A stretch of 64,000 nucleotides of DNA from Octopus vulgaris (GCA_951406725.2 OX597816.1:80104001-80168000); one strand, 5' to 3'. Shown: positions 13,390 through 27,369, counted from the first letter of the stretch. A program made the numbers and translations. The notes: generated by a model not told the origin, from the letters alone.

Positions 13390-14400
13390 TATCAAAAAGC
13401 AGCCAGAAGGATAGACATATTGTTGAGAAAAATAAAGAGAACAAGCAAAAAAATTAACTAACTAGAATACTGCCAATAGCCACACATAAATTCGACGGTT
13501 ATCAATCTGCTCGAAGAAAAGAAAAATTTAAACTCCAACAATGCATGAAGATCACCATCAATAACCAAAGAACAGCTGAGGAGAAATGGGCCGTTGAGAA
13601 AATCAAACTCAACCCCAAAGTGTTCTTCTCTTTTGTGAAAAAACACACGGTCACTGTCTCCACTGTTTGCCCTTAATTGATGAAAATAGCAATCTCCAAG
13701 ATAATGCCAAAACCATGAGTGAGACGCTGCAGAAACAGTACTGCTCTAATTTTAGCAAACCTGATATGGCTGATCTGGACTGTATCAGTGATGTTAATCC
13801 TCAACATGCTATATCGGATATAAGGTTTCGCGCCCCTGATGTCTTAGCGACAATAAACGAAATCAAACACAATTCAGCAGTAGGCCTTGATAAGTTCCCT
13901 GCTTGTGTCCTGAAGGTATGTCGACATCAACTTGCATCTCCTCTTGCTTATCTGTGGAGAAACTCACTGGATGCTGGTTATTTTCCTGAAAACCTTCTGT
14001 CTTAGCCTGTTGTCCCAGTTTTCAAAAAGGGATACAAGTCCCTTGCAGTGAACTGTCTGCCGTTCTCACTCGTCTCTCATATCATCAAGGTATTTGAGAG
14101 GGTGGTGAGATCACGGATAACCCACTTTCTTGAAAGCAACAGACTGCTGAACCGCAATCAACACGAGTGCCGCAATGGAAGGAGCTGCCTAACGTATCTC
14201 CTACATCACCATGATGACATTTTCAGAACGTTGGGAAGGGCTCGACTACTGATGTCTTCTACACTGATTTCAGCAAGGCCTTTGACAGGGTTGATCATAA
14301 GATTCTCTTGATAAAATTATCCAACACTTGTGTCTCAGGAAAGATACTACAATGGATCGAGTGTTTCCTGACAATCAGAACCCAACATGTAGTCGAAGGA
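13390..14400 (+). mobile_element. Degenerate CR1-group LINE RT fragment
   Basis: SAVGLDKFPACVLK..LASPL..VVPVFKKG..SLVSHIIKVFER..QH..RNGRSCLT..YTDFSKAFDRVDHKILL. Confidence 0.8.
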
Positions 14401-15144
14401 GAAAAAGATCAAGTCCAGTCAAAGTCTTTCAAAAACAATCGTTGCAAAGCGTTTAGAGTGGAGTAAAAACCTACAGGATTGGTGACTAAAGCAGTGGAAG
14501 AATGTTATTTTCTCGGACGAGTCATCTTTTACCTTATTTCCAGTCACCGGCCGAGTAGACGTGTGGAGACAGCCAAAACAAGCATTTCACCCAGATTGCC
14601 TTTTTCCAACTGTTAAACATTAAGGAGGATCTGTGACGATCTGGAGGCTATATCTTGGAAATTCACCAGCCCAATGGTTTCCCTTCATGGCAGAATTAAT
14701 AGTCAAGACTATTTAAGCATTTTATCTGATCAAATTCATTCTATGGTTGCGGAACTGTTTCCGGAGGGAAACGCAATCTTTCAGGATGATAATGCACCAA
14801 TTCACACAACTAAAGTTGTTACTGAATGGCACAAGGAACATTCTAGTGAAGTTGAACATCTTATGGAGCCACCAGAGTCCCCAGATTTCAATATTATTGA
14901 AGATTTATATTGCATTTTAGAAAAACAAGTCAGAAGTCGATATCCTCCACCATCATCACTACAAGAACTGGAGACTGTTTTAGCTGAAGAATGGACAAAA
15001 ATTTCTTTGAAATCAATTCAAACTTTGTACGAGTCCATACCCCGTAGAATTCAAGATGTAATTAATGCCAAAGACGATCCTACCCCATATTAAAATAAAT
15101 TTGTTTGAAATTTTAAGTGACTCCATTATTTTGTCCAGCCCCTG
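14400..15144 (+). mobile_element. Tc1 (DD34E) transposon, 3' half
   Basis: WKNVIFSDES, FQDDNAPIH, SPDFNIIEDL; right TIR ..TTTTGTCCAGCCCCTG followed by TA. Confidence 0.9.
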
Positions 15145-15413
15145 TATATATATATATATAATATAAATAATATATAAATATATACATACATACATATATG
15201 TACATACCTACATATATATGTATATATACATGCATATATGGGTACAGGACATAAAAAAACGTTGAACACAATGAGGAACGAAAACATAAAAACAAATATA
15301 TAGAAATTAACTTTTTGGGGTATTAACGAAAAAGAAAAACAGACGAACGAGACATGCAACATAACAAATATTCCTCTTCTTCAGTTGTCCCTGTTTCATC
15401 TCCGCGTTTTGAA

Positions 15414-15511
<98 letters not shown>

Positions 15512-15534
15512 CATTACGTTGTTGATTTCAAATT

Positions 15535-15745
15535 TTGTTTTGGTACAAGGCCAGGAAGATCGGGGGTAGGGCTAAGTCGATTACATCGACCTAAGTGTTT
15601 AAGTGGTATTTATTTTATCGATCTCAGAAGGGCGAAAGGCAAAGTCGGCCTCGACGTAATTTGAACTCAGAATATAAAGGTAGGCGAAATACCGCTAAAC
15701 GTTTTACCTGGCATGCAAACGATTCTGTCTACTTGCCGCCTTAAA
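15535..15745 (-). mobile_element. SINE family 1
   Basis: Reverse-complement match to the family-1 head and core. Confidence 0.75.
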
Positions 15746-16920
15746 TATATGACTTACATTATTGAAAGAATACAACATAGTAAAACACAGAGCGCAATCT
15801 GAAGGCACACTTGCGATCATTTATGGCGATTGATCGCATTACGTATATATATGTTATTCTCAAAAGAAGGTACACTGCTCTGGGATAAGTATAGAATACC
15901 TTTGTTTAGTTCATGTATACGTATCAACACAAGGAATATTGATAGAGTATTCCAAGTAAAGCTCTGATAAATGCAAGCATAGTAGATTTCATATAGCTGT
16001 TTCTTACAGAAAAAAATTATGTCTAGTTACAGAGCTCAACTGTACTGAAGATGTAAGCATTTATTTCAAAAGCATTCAGAAATAGAATATTTATTGAAAA
16101 CTGCTTTCAAACCTACAGTTTCATTACCCAGAATATAAATTTATATTTATATTTACAATTATTAGCTATACTTGGTTAGGTTTAGGTTGTAATCACAAAA
16201 ACTAAGCTGAGATTTTCAATAAGAGAGAGGTACCAGTTAGTATGTCTTGCAAATACAATCTGTAAGCGGAACATCAAATAGCTGCAAGACTTCTAATATT
16301 CAACGTGTAGCTTTGTTGTTACCTAAATACCAGGGATGGGACGGTGTTTCTTTGTTAGAAACCCCTTTGTAATTTATTGGTGTAATTCAACTAATTATCT
16401 TACACACTTGCACAAACATACATGTGCACGTGCATACACACGCACATGTGAGCACGCACACACAAGCACACACATGCACACACATAAAAACACACGCGTT
16501 ATGTGTATGTTAAATAAATCGACCAATTATAGAATTCCTTGAATGCGGAAACTTAATAAACTATAATTGGTTAACACACTTAAAAGCTTTCAATTACCCG
16601 CAGGAATATCAGAGTATCATATCAAGAGTTATTATCCTGAAATGGTTGACGAGTCGGACAAAATACTTAGCGGCATTTTTTCCATTTCTTTTGCTTTTGA
16701 GTCCATCTCTTTTGCTTTTGAGTCCAACCATTGATATCGACTTTGCCTTTGACCCTTTCAGTGTTGATAAAATAATTATCAGTTAAACATGGTCGATGTA
16801 ATCTCCTATCTTAAAATTGCTGACCTTTTGTCAATATTTGAAACCATTTTTTCCGAAATAAAATCATAACATCAAAAGTTATTTCGCCAATATAAAATTA
16901 GAAGATTGGTTATTACTCAC

Positions 16921-17361
16921 CAATAAAAAATGGAATGAAGCCTTCTGGTTTTATAACTTTGTTACTGTTCTCCAGAAATCTGGTGGGTCTAAAATTGTTA
17001 GGGTCGCCCCAGAAAGCTACATCGTTCATGATGGAACCGAGATTCGGTATTATGATACAGTCTTCGGGTATATTATAACCGCGAAACGTAATAGGGTGTT
17101 CTGGCTTTCGGCCGAGCAATAACTGAACGACGTTGGCGTGGCGTTGCACTTCCATGATACACGCTTCAAGAAATGGTAAGTGTGGACGGTCGTCTAATGA
17201 TGGCAATCGATTCTGGCCGATGTGTAAGTCAATTTCTTTCTGTATGGTGTCTTGGAAATGAGGATAGTTCAGCAGGTAGACTAAGCACCATAATAAAGAG
17301 CTGGTCGTTGTTTCCATCCCAGCTACAAGCATGTCACCGATGACGGTACGCAACTGTTCCA
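16921..17361 (-). CDS. Cytochrome P450 (clan 2, CYP2-like) internal exon: I-helix to start of heme motif
   Basis: AGMETT (I-helix), EVQR (ExxR), FRPTRF (PERF), FIPFFIG; acceptor ttcag, donor gtgagt; 441 bp, phase 1/1. Confidence 0.95.
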
Positions 17362-17687
17362 CTGAAGGATATAAACAAATACATAAATAATAAATGAATA
17401 TTTAGATAAACAAATGAATAGCGAATGTACCAACATACAAATTTCATCTATTCTCGTATCAACTAATGAGGTCACAGACGTGTGACGAAAATTTTCGGGA
17501 CAATAGGCAGGCATTAAAATAATACAATAATAGTAATAAACGAATGAAGAAAAATATAGAGAGAGAGCGGGTCTTTATTTGATAAAAAAAGAAAAATAAT
17601 TATAATAATTGAAATGACCATCCCGAAGTACAACAATATCTGTTTCAACACTCGATTTCACATCAGGAATCTTGCAAAACGAATATA

Positions 17688-17781
<94 letters not shown>

Positions 17782-17807
17782 TGTGAGTGTGTGTGTGTGT
17801 GTGTGTG

Positions 17808-18290
17808 TATTTAGAATAATAGGGTAGTCAGAATGTTGGGTGATTATATACATTTTTTTTTATTTATTTACATCTTCTTTACATTTTTTAACGCTTTCTT
17901 CCGTTATCGGATTTATCATAAAATGGTTCAAGTTTAGTTTTCTTGGCCTTTTTGTAAAGAATTTTCTGGGGGTTTGCCAAGCAAGGGAGAAGAAAGAAGA
18001 AAAATATTGTTTTTAGAAGGAGGGGGAGGTAAACTGGCGTGGCTTTTGTATGGTCAGACTTGTCTGTTTAGTAATTAGTGGCCTTTTAAGGTGGGGTAGG
18101 AAAGAGAAAGGAAAAAGAATTTTTGCATTTGAACTGGTCAAGGTTTAAATTGAAAAACCAGATGTTTTTGACTGAAGAAAGTCAAATCCGATAACGGAAG
18201 AAAGCGCTAAAAGGTAAATAAGATGTAAATAAACCAAAAATATATATATATTCATCCAACATGCTGACTATCTTATTATTCTAAATATAC
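17808..18290. mobile_element. Fold-back element with about 110-bp inverted arms, Penelope-pLTR-like
   Basis: 17808-17914 is the reverse complement of about 18184-18290; the arms include UCCG-auaa-CGGA-a-GAAA-GCGC-UA, resembling the 3' half of a hammerhead. Confidence 0.55.
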
Positions 18291-18305
18291 ATCTGTACAT
18301 CACTT

Positions 18306-18380
<75 letters not shown>

Positions 18381-19321
18381 CATATATATATATATATACA
18401 CATATATATATATACATATATATATTTATACATATGTGCATGGACGCACGCACATATATCTCCACACGCACAACCCCACGCACACACTCACATACACACA
18501 CACGCATACATATACACACACGCACATATCGAGTCGCGCACATGCATGAACGCACATACACCTCACATATACCACCCACACACACCACACACAAAACACA
18601 TTCAAAGTACACATATACGCACACACATACATGCACACACGCATACACATACTTCAAACTGCTAGTCAAACACCTTTCTGATGATCATTCCTCTACGCAC
18701 ATGTAAAGAAACACAGAACTACACAAAAGACCACCACTCCTGTTACCATGCTGCTGAATTCTTCTTACAGCATTAACAGATACCCACACACTTGCGCGCA
18801 CGCACACACCCACACATACACACAGATACCTCCTTCTCTTACACTTTCCTGTCTTAGGAAGAACTTTTTCTTCACCCATTCACTTTCGGTCATTTCAAAA
18901 TGTAACAACATGGAGATCATTGGCGATTTTTTTTTACCTCCGTGTTCCTTTCCTCTTGAACTTTCCTCTGTCACCTGTTTCTGAAGAAGAGTTTTGCTCG
19001 AAAAATAAAACTACCTTCCTTTCCTTCCCTGAGCGTCTGTTAATACTTTACATGTACCACGTACTTGCGTTGTTTTTTTCTTGTGTTTTTTCTTCGTTTT
19101 TTTTTCGGGGGAGGGGGGAGATTAGCGCTATATATATATATATATACCATTAGTTAAAGCTAAATGTAAACATCAAATACATCGGCGGACCTGGTCTCTT
19201 TCTCATATGCTTATTAAAATTAACAAGTTTGGTAGAAGGTCACAAATGTATAGCAGAAAGCATGCAAATGAATGTATCACTATATGTACGTTACATAACG
19301 TTACATAATTAACATAACACT

Positions 19322-19850
19322 AAGGGCGGTGACCTGGCAAGCTAGTTAGCATGCCGGACAAAATGAGCTGTTTACTTCCAAGTCTGCTGAGGTTGACTTT
19401 GACTTTCAACCTTTCGGGTTTGTTGAAATAAGTACCAGTTGAGTAGTTGAGATGAAAGAAGTACCATTGAGTACTAGACGCAATCGACTAGCCCTTTCCC
19501 CTAAATTCTCAGGTTCTATGCCTAGAACAGAAAGGACTAATTAACTCAACACTGGAGAAATAACTAATAAAATGCAATAAAATTTACATTTGATTACAGA
19601 ATGTAAAGGGACCTAACTCAACCTTGTAATTCTTTTTACGTAAGCATTTCACATTTTGACACAAAAGCATTATCTTTCATTAGACTATAATAATAGATTC
19701 ACATTTCGGCACAAGGCCAGCAATTTAGGGGGAGCACAACTTAAATACCAGTGCTTAACTGGTACTTATTTTATCGACCCCGAAAGGATGAAAGGTAAAC
19801 TCGGCCTCGGCGGAATTTAAAACCAGAACGTAAAGACGGACGAAATTTAG
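19322..19850. mobile_element. Two degenerate SINE family 1 copies (19322-19540 plus, 19704-19850 minus)
   Basis: Core GACTTT..CCTTTCGGG..AAGTACCAG recognisable in both orientations. Confidence 0.65.
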
Positions 19851-21554
19851 CTAGACAGAAATACGAGTTGGTTGCGATGTTCACTCTTTTCCCTAACAAA
19901 TTTTAAGTTTGTAAATGAAATGACTACTACTGAAATTCTATTCGATGGGAGCTTCTCAATGCACGACGTTTGTAGCTTAGGGTAGAATAGAAACTATATT
20001 GTGGGTGCTCAGCTAGGTTAAGACCAATCTTTAGAAAGGTGCAATTAATTGTCCATGATCATACCCACGGATTAAAACATATCATCTGTGCTTATTTTAT
20101 CGACTGTAAGTTGATTACATGCAAAGTGAAAAACAGATTTGAACTCAGAATCTTAGGAATGACCGTTCGTAAAACACTATAGGCGATTCACTGCCTCCCC
20201 TCATCCTTATTATCTCAGCTGATATTCAAGCCATGAGTAAATAAACAGAAGCAACCTCTTTTTTCGATTCTTTTTAAGACTACGGAAAACTATGATGTTA
20301 AACTATAATACTAAACATCATACAAGCCAAACCATCAAAGCAAACGAAAACCGCCTTATATAAACTTGAGGCATTATAAAGAAGTATTTATAAATACAAA
20401 AAATCTGACAGTTCTGATAGCCTAAGACAGTACAGCTCTGCAGCTGTGAAAGAATATTAGTGAAAAGCATCCATTCAAATTCAAAACGAGAATCTCGTGA
20501 TAATATTATTTACACGACTCAACATATTATTCCAATCACGTTTAGTGCGATGAATAAATTTTCAGTCAAACAATCTCGTTATCGCCTTGTTTAGCGCCAT
20601 CTATAATCGATGATAAAATAATATTTAGGTTACGTAGCATCGTGCTTACTTTTCCTTACATCATGTTTATATCCTTCTTTTTCAGTTCTTTCTTTATATC
20701 TATATATATCTTTCTTTCTATATCTTTATATTTTTCTTTGTTTCTTTTTTTCGTGCATGACTTAATTTGTATGATCAGAAATTTTTCTACAAGTTAGAAT
20801 TGATAAATTTGGTTGTCTTTTGTGGAAAGTGGACACCAACATGTCCACGACTATAATTGACTCTCCAAATATAGATGCTGAGGAAGATATTGGTTTATTG
20901 ATCTATTGTTCCATCGATTGATTCTGAATATAACTTCGACGCGAGGAATCTTCGTGTTACATACTTTTATGCGTGTATTTGGTAATGATATATACCAGTG
21001 GCATCAGTGGTTCCAGCATCCACAGTAGAAGACTTTATTCTTTTGACTAAGCACAAAACATTTTTTCTTTCAAGGATTCTGCATAATATTAATTGAATAG
21101 ATTCCAGCATACCACTGATACGACATTGCAGCAGCACCGAAAAACTTCAAAGAACTGACGATTTGAGAAAGGACTGGACGGGATTTATCAGGTGTTTTAC
21201 TATTTCTGCCAACAAACCACTTTTGCAATGCAAAATTATTGGAACCACGCGACACATTACTAAATACTACATATACACACTGTCTGGTATTACTCTGCTG
21301 AACTGCATTAAATTATTTAACTACATTACGCAACATAAAGGACTAACTGAATTAATATAATCTAGGACTTTTGGTCCAAAAGGTCGACACCTTGTATGCC
21401 CATCCGCTCGTAGGACTGTAAATGTGACGAAGACATTTATCTGTAGATAAATATCATGCATAAGTAAACAGAAGATAGCAAAATTTTCAGCACAGCAACA
21501 TTCCGAAGGAAAACGAGCCGATAGCAGGAGCAAAAGTACATCGGACAAGTCGGT

Positions 21555-22560
21555 AATCAAAGTGAACGGCTACCTCTCGGAACTTTCGTATATCATGAGT
21601 TTAGTTCATCATGGGTGTCCGTTCTCATCCCTTCTATATACTGGCCCTTGAGTCATTGTTGAAGAAGCTAGAACTTTGGAGGCACATCCCTTTCGAGCTG
21701 AGATGCGGGAGAGCTATCTCGGTATAAGTGGATGACATCGCCGTAATGGGGTCAGTTACCACGGAAATGCAAACAGCTGATTTCTTTCTAAAGAATACAA
21801 GGCGATGGTAGGAGTAAAGATAAATTGAGTCATGTTAATGGCTTGTCGCTTGACACTTAGGACACTGGACAGAGAGACCAGTTAAATTTTGGTGGGTCTG
21901 GTTTGGTCCAGCCTTCCAGACGGACAGTATCTAGGAGGAAGCAACGAGAAATGTAGTTAGTTATCCCTGACAGATCGAACAGAAGTCGTGAATGTCTACA
22001 TATCTTCGAAATAACTTAACACCTGATCGTTGTGCCTCACCCCAATCCCTGCTTGGTTAGAATGGAGCGTATTTTTCTGCTTCCTTTGGAAGGGATGCGT
22101 TCCACTAGTCTGGCGGTCCCTCTATTGCCAGCACCATATAGAAGGTGGGCTCGGCATGCCGCGGCTGCTAGTGTACAGACACGCTGAGGCTGCGTTACTC
22201 GTAGATTTTCCCTGGAGGTAAGCAGGTGTGGTTTCCAGTTGTATGATAAGTTTTCCGTCGCTCATCTCTTTGGAGGCGCTGTAGTCTTGAATCAAGAAAA
22301 GACATATTATGAGTCTGGCACCTGAGATGTCGTTAGGTGCTCACCACATTCTACTAATCAAGTAATGCTTTCAGCGGAAATTCTACGTTGTCAAAAGTGG
22401 CAAAATTGGTTAGGTGAAAGTATGTGCCTGTAGATTGCCGGACAAAAGTTGGGTAAAGGTTTGTGCCCTTAGTGGTCAGAGTAATCCTCGATCTGTGTGA
22501 TCCCTTGATGGGCCCTAGCTCGAGGTTCTCTTGTATCAGAAGTACTGCATCATTCATGTA
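21555..22560 (+). mobile_element. Degenerate Tx1/L1-clade LINE fragment
   Basis: IKVNGYLSE..HGCPFSSLLY..LESLLKKLE..VDDI; EGGLGMP; similar to 10700-11600. Confidence 0.65.
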
Positions 22561-22756
22561 TTCACGTACTTTCTACACTATGTATACTTTTTAACTCATT
22601 TCCCCTCCTCTTCCTTTCTTTCTCTCATCTTTTATGTAACTGCCCTTTCCATAAAAATTGTCATCGTAATGCCCCCCTAATTTAATGCCCCAGTAACGAA
22701 TACATTAACTCTCCATCGTTATTATCATTAATATCTTCATCGTTATTATCATTAAT

Positions 22757-22975
22757 GAAGGCAGCGAACTGGCAGAATGTTTACTGTGCTGGACAAAATG
22801 CTTAGCGAAACTTCTTTCGTCTTTACGTTCCGAGTTTAAATGCCGCCGAGGCCAGTTATACCTTTCATCCTTTCAGGGTTAACAAAATAGATACCACTTG
22901 AGCACTGGGGTCTATGTAATCAACGCCCACCTTCCCACCAAAATTTCAGGTGGTGTGACTATAGTAGAAAGGATT
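22757..22975 (+). mobile_element. SINE family 1
   Basis: Head and core match. Confidence 0.75.
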
Positions 22976-24196
22976 ATTATTATTATATCATTAGTTCGTT
23001 CACTCCTCTTCTGTTTCTGACAATTGACAACCCTAATAACAATGATTTACATATTTAATTATTATTTTGCTTGTTTTATCAATAAAAATAATTATGACAC
23101 ATATTTATGTTATTAATCGTCGGACTGATAGATGTAGTTTAGCACTTAATTTATATTATTTAGTCCATGCACCGCTTAGTCTTGTCCCCGCTTCAGTCTG
23201 AACTAAGATGCCGATTTCAGGAATTTGCTCTTCGTCGTTTTTTACATCAATAAAATTGGAGAAAAATAAACATCTGCAATTTACTCCGCTCTATTCTTTC
23301 ATTTACACCTCTCTTTCATCCATGTAAGAGCCTTGAAACTATTCACAAGAAACCAATAACAATAAATAATTCGTTTCTTATACAGGCACAGGATCAAACA
23401 TGTGGAGAGCTGTAGCTGATTACATTACACAGGCTTCCAAGTTGACTGGTACTTATTTAATCGATATCGGAGGATGAAAGACAAAGTCGACGTTGCCAGG
23501 ATAAGAACATAAAACATAAAAAGTGGAACTAGATACTGCAAGACATTTTAACCAGCAGTCTAACGGTTCTCTTAAACCACTGCCTTGAAATGATAACTTC
23601 CAACATTGACGCACGGACAAACATTTCGAGGAAAGATGCAGTCAAGTCTCAGTATAATTCTGGCATTGTTTCCACCCACCCTCCTGAACAATGAAACACA
23701 TAGTTTACGTAAGCAAAATTTCAACCCACAAAATAAAGGGATTTGACTAAATAGTGCTATACATTATATCGTTTGCTCTAGTGGTTCTACTATTTCTCCA
23801 ACCATAAAAAATAAAACAGAAATACTAATAAAACTTCTGCCGCTTCTTGCTGCCATTGATAATTTCCGTCTAGTTCTCAGAAGCACGATGGGGACTTCTC
23901 ATGACTTCAGTGTGTTTCCATGTATACCTCACCAATACCATCGTGCAGTGAAATACCACACGCTTCAGATCGATTATCGATGATTAAAACTAGTCAATCG
24001 AGTCATTAGGTGGTGCCTCAATCAGTGTCGATGCGCTATAAATCCATCGGGAAAAAGGACCAGACACGGCACACATTCTCTTCTGACCATCTCTGAAATC
24101 TATTGGCATCCGCTATGCGGATCTTTCAATTCGCAGCACCTTCACAGTTATATCTATCTCTGTCACTGTATTTGTAGGCGCGAGTGTGTGCGTATT

Positions 24197-24234
<38 letters not shown>

Positions 24235-24387
24235 TGTGTGTGTGTTAGAGAGACAGAGAAGAGAGGAGAGAGAGTGTGTGTGAGTGTCTGTGTATACACA
24301 TACACACATACACTACAATATATTATGTCACGCGTACAGAATCTCCTATTCATCCACCGATGAAAAAATACAAATAATAAAACTCAC

Positions 24388-24683
24388 CAGTAAAAGAAGT
24401 GTCCGGGTTGTTTTCGCTTTGTAACCCCATTTCTTTGATGTATGCGTCTGTGAAGTCTTTTATATTTGACTCATCGAAATCCTCTAGATGACGCTGGACA
24501 ACACCCTCAATGAATTTTTCCATTTTCTTAATGTTCTTGAAAACTTTTTTGATTTTGAAAGGATCCCCAGGAAGGTGTTCGAGGATCGGGAAAAAGTTAA
24601 CAACTGTACTCACTCCAACATCTTGCATGTTCTCATCAATTCCTTGCACGTACTGACGGAATTCGGGGTCGTTATAGTCGAAT
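24388..24683 (-). CDS. Cytochrome P450 (clan 2) internal exon: E-H helix region
   Basis: (R)FDYNDPEF..FPILEHLPGD..KDFTDAYIKEM; acceptor aacag, donor gtgagt; 296 bp, phase 2/1, joins both neighbours in frame. Confidence 0.95.
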
Positions 24684-25041
24684 CTGTTACATGAATATAA
24701 TTATAAACGAAAATATATACATAGGTATTCATCTCTATTACGTGCTATAACAGAAAGCATAAGAGGCATACGTTATAAAGGCAGATTAAATTGTGCTCTT
24801 TTGTGATAGCCAATATCTTTGAAAACTGAAGCAAGCCATCATTAGTCATTCTGTCATATCAAAATATTAAGTGAGAGAAAGAGAAAGAGAGAAAGAAATA
24901 GAGATCTAGGTACCAACATATATGCATTAACTCTTTACTATACACACACACACACACACACACACATACACACACACACATATATACACACATATATATA
25001 TATATATGTATATATATAATGCTTATCTATTTTCTCATACC

Positions 25042-25089
25042 GTCTCCGATGAAGGGATATAATAAATATCCTGGAAACAGCTGTAAGAC
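25042..25089 (+). ncRNA. Minimal type I hammerhead-like motif in a short (TA)n-flanked insert
   Basis: GUCU-CCGAUGA-a GGGAUAU aauaa AUAUCCU g-GAAA-CAGCUG-UA/AGAC; palindromic stem III ACAGCUGU; U4 replaced by C. Confidence 0.65.
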
Positions 25090-25310
25090 CTTCTATTTAT
25101 AAATGTTCTAAAATCTTCACAGCCTTGGTATTTTTTATTCCATTCTGAAAAAATTTTTTTTTTATATATATGCACATGCTGATATCTGGCCTACGTTGGA
25201 CTCATTATTCGCATAATCACCGAACCTGGAGTTTAACTAAGGTCTATCCATAACACTACTCAGCATTACCTGACACCTTTGGATCTTATTGACACCATTA
25301 CCTCTCATAA

Positions 25311-25371
<61 letters not shown>

Positions 25372-25721
25372 ATATATATATGAATATTAAGTATATGATT
25401 TAACTTGTAAAACAAATTTCAACAGTTCAACAAATTCAATCATATTTTTCGTAAATGGAGGAGATTAGGTGTTAATAAGGATTGAAATTAATTTTATTCA
25501 TGTAGCTATATGATCGTTTCATACAGAAAGACAATAAATTCATTTTAAGAATCTCAGTTATCAAAAAGTATTCGTCAGTAACAAAAATTAAAGAATGGGA
25601 AAAAAGAAAAGCTAAAATGACGTTAGAATTACAGAGGTATGGTGTTCGTAATGTGTAATTGTTCTTAGAGTCATGTTTGCGTCAAAGTTTAACGAGACGG
25701 TCGTGAATTTTTACTTGGTAG

Positions 25722-25779
25722 TTCACGCTGAAGAGACTCAAGGATTAAATATCCAAAAGCCGAAGTCCGGGTATGTGGA
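25722..25779 (+). ncRNA. Degenerate type I hammerhead motif
   Basis: UUCACG-CUGAAGA-GACU..GGAU uaaau AUCC..AGCC-GAAG-UCCGGG-UA/UGUGGA; stem I pairs; A15.1 replaced by G. Confidence 0.55.
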
Positions 25780-26448
25780 TGTCCTAAACTGCATAATATC
25801 TTATTTTGTGCTTTAAATGTATTAATTCTTTCCGTTTCTTCGCCTACTGTTTTTCTCTGTTATCTTGGTACGATGGCTTGATGAAGAATTCAGCTCTTAT
25901 TTCTAGCAGGTGTATGCTTTTAAGCATCTTTACGCTTCGTGCAAATTTATATGTATATATATGTGTATATATATATATATATATATACACATATATATAC
26001 ATATATATATATATATTGTGTGCGTGTGTATGTATGTGTACATACATATTTTATAAGAGAGAAAGTGAGATATTAGAGCATAGAATATATGCATATACAC
26101 TCATTCACATATTACTGCTTAATCTTTAAAACCTAGTACGGTAATATAATTAACTGTATAGAATGAAATAACTCTTGTAACTGCATGCTTGCCAAAAACA
26201 CTTGAAGAGCTTCGTGCAAAAATAAGGGTTGCTCCCCTTGACATATTGATTCATCTCTGCTTACATCTTTTCAAAGATGGTGTCCTACTGACAGTAAAAA
26301 TATTTTCTTTCTCTATATAAGTTGACAATCGTTGATCGTGAAACCGGTACTTGTTTAATTTGTAATGATGTAACTATGTAATATGATCCTAATATCACCA
26401 TAAATTTTATTATACAAACTTTCAGTGACTCTTACATTCCTTTTCTTT

Positions 26449-26507
<59 letters not shown>

Positions 26508-26512
<5 letters not shown>

Positions 26513-27299
26513 CAAAATGGGACAAGATCGCAAAGCATCCAGACAGATAGGTGATACAAAAAAAGGACAACAAAACATCCAGATAGACGATACAAAGAAA
26601 ACAAGGACGAGTCATTCGGAGCTTTCTTTCCTCAGTCAAGTTCCAGATTATCTTTGCAATTTCGGCTGGTTATACTCGAAATTGCTCTAATCTGGCCAGC
26701 CCCAAAGAAAAACTAAGCTAAGAGCATTAGGTTCCTTGGAAGGCAGCAGCGAATGTATAAGAAATCAAGGGCGCAAAAAACGGAGAAAGTTACACAAACA
26801 CAAATAACAGGACACAACAACAGGTGTCTTTCGACTAAGAACGAATTAAATTAAGCTGGTGTGTGTTTAAGTAAAGCCTTATGGCAGGGATACAAGATTT
26901 CACAAGCACAGAGAAGAATATAGATGATGCACGGACATCCCTGTCGTAAGGCTTTACTTCCACACACGCCAGCTTAATTTACTTCGTCCTTAGTCGAAAG
27001 ACACCCGTGGTTAAGTCCTGTTATTTATATATTCGTGTAACTTTCTCCATTTTTTCCCGTCCTTGTTTTCGTATACATTCGCAGCTTTCTTCCAAGGAAT
27101 CTAATGCTCTTAGATTTGTTTTTCCTTGGGGCTAGCCAGATTGGAGCAATCTCGAGTATAACCAGCCGAAATTGCAAAGATAATCTGGAACTTGACTGAA
27201 GAAAGAAAACTCCTTGTTTTCTTTGTATCGTCTATCTGAATGTTTTGTTGTCCCTTTCTTGTATCACCTGTCTGGATGTTTCGCGTTCTTGTCTCATTC
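26508..27299. repeat. Large fold-back (about 370-bp inverted arms) inserted in microsatellite
   Basis: About 26515-26892 is the reverse complement of about 26937-27299 with scattered mismatches. Confidence 0.9.
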
Positions 27300-27339
<40 letters not shown>

Positions 27340-27369
27340 CATATACGTAGCGGCGTACGTACACTTTGG

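Noticed and set aside
16300-16325. Possible CYP terminal exon (tttag|GT AAC AAC AAA GCT ACA CGT TGA on the minus strand)
   Set aside because: Lacks the RxCxG heme ligand; likely a chance acceptor.
17625-17670. CUGAUGU..GAAA hammerhead-like string on the minus strand
   Set aside because: A9 is altered and stems I-III do not pair convincingly.
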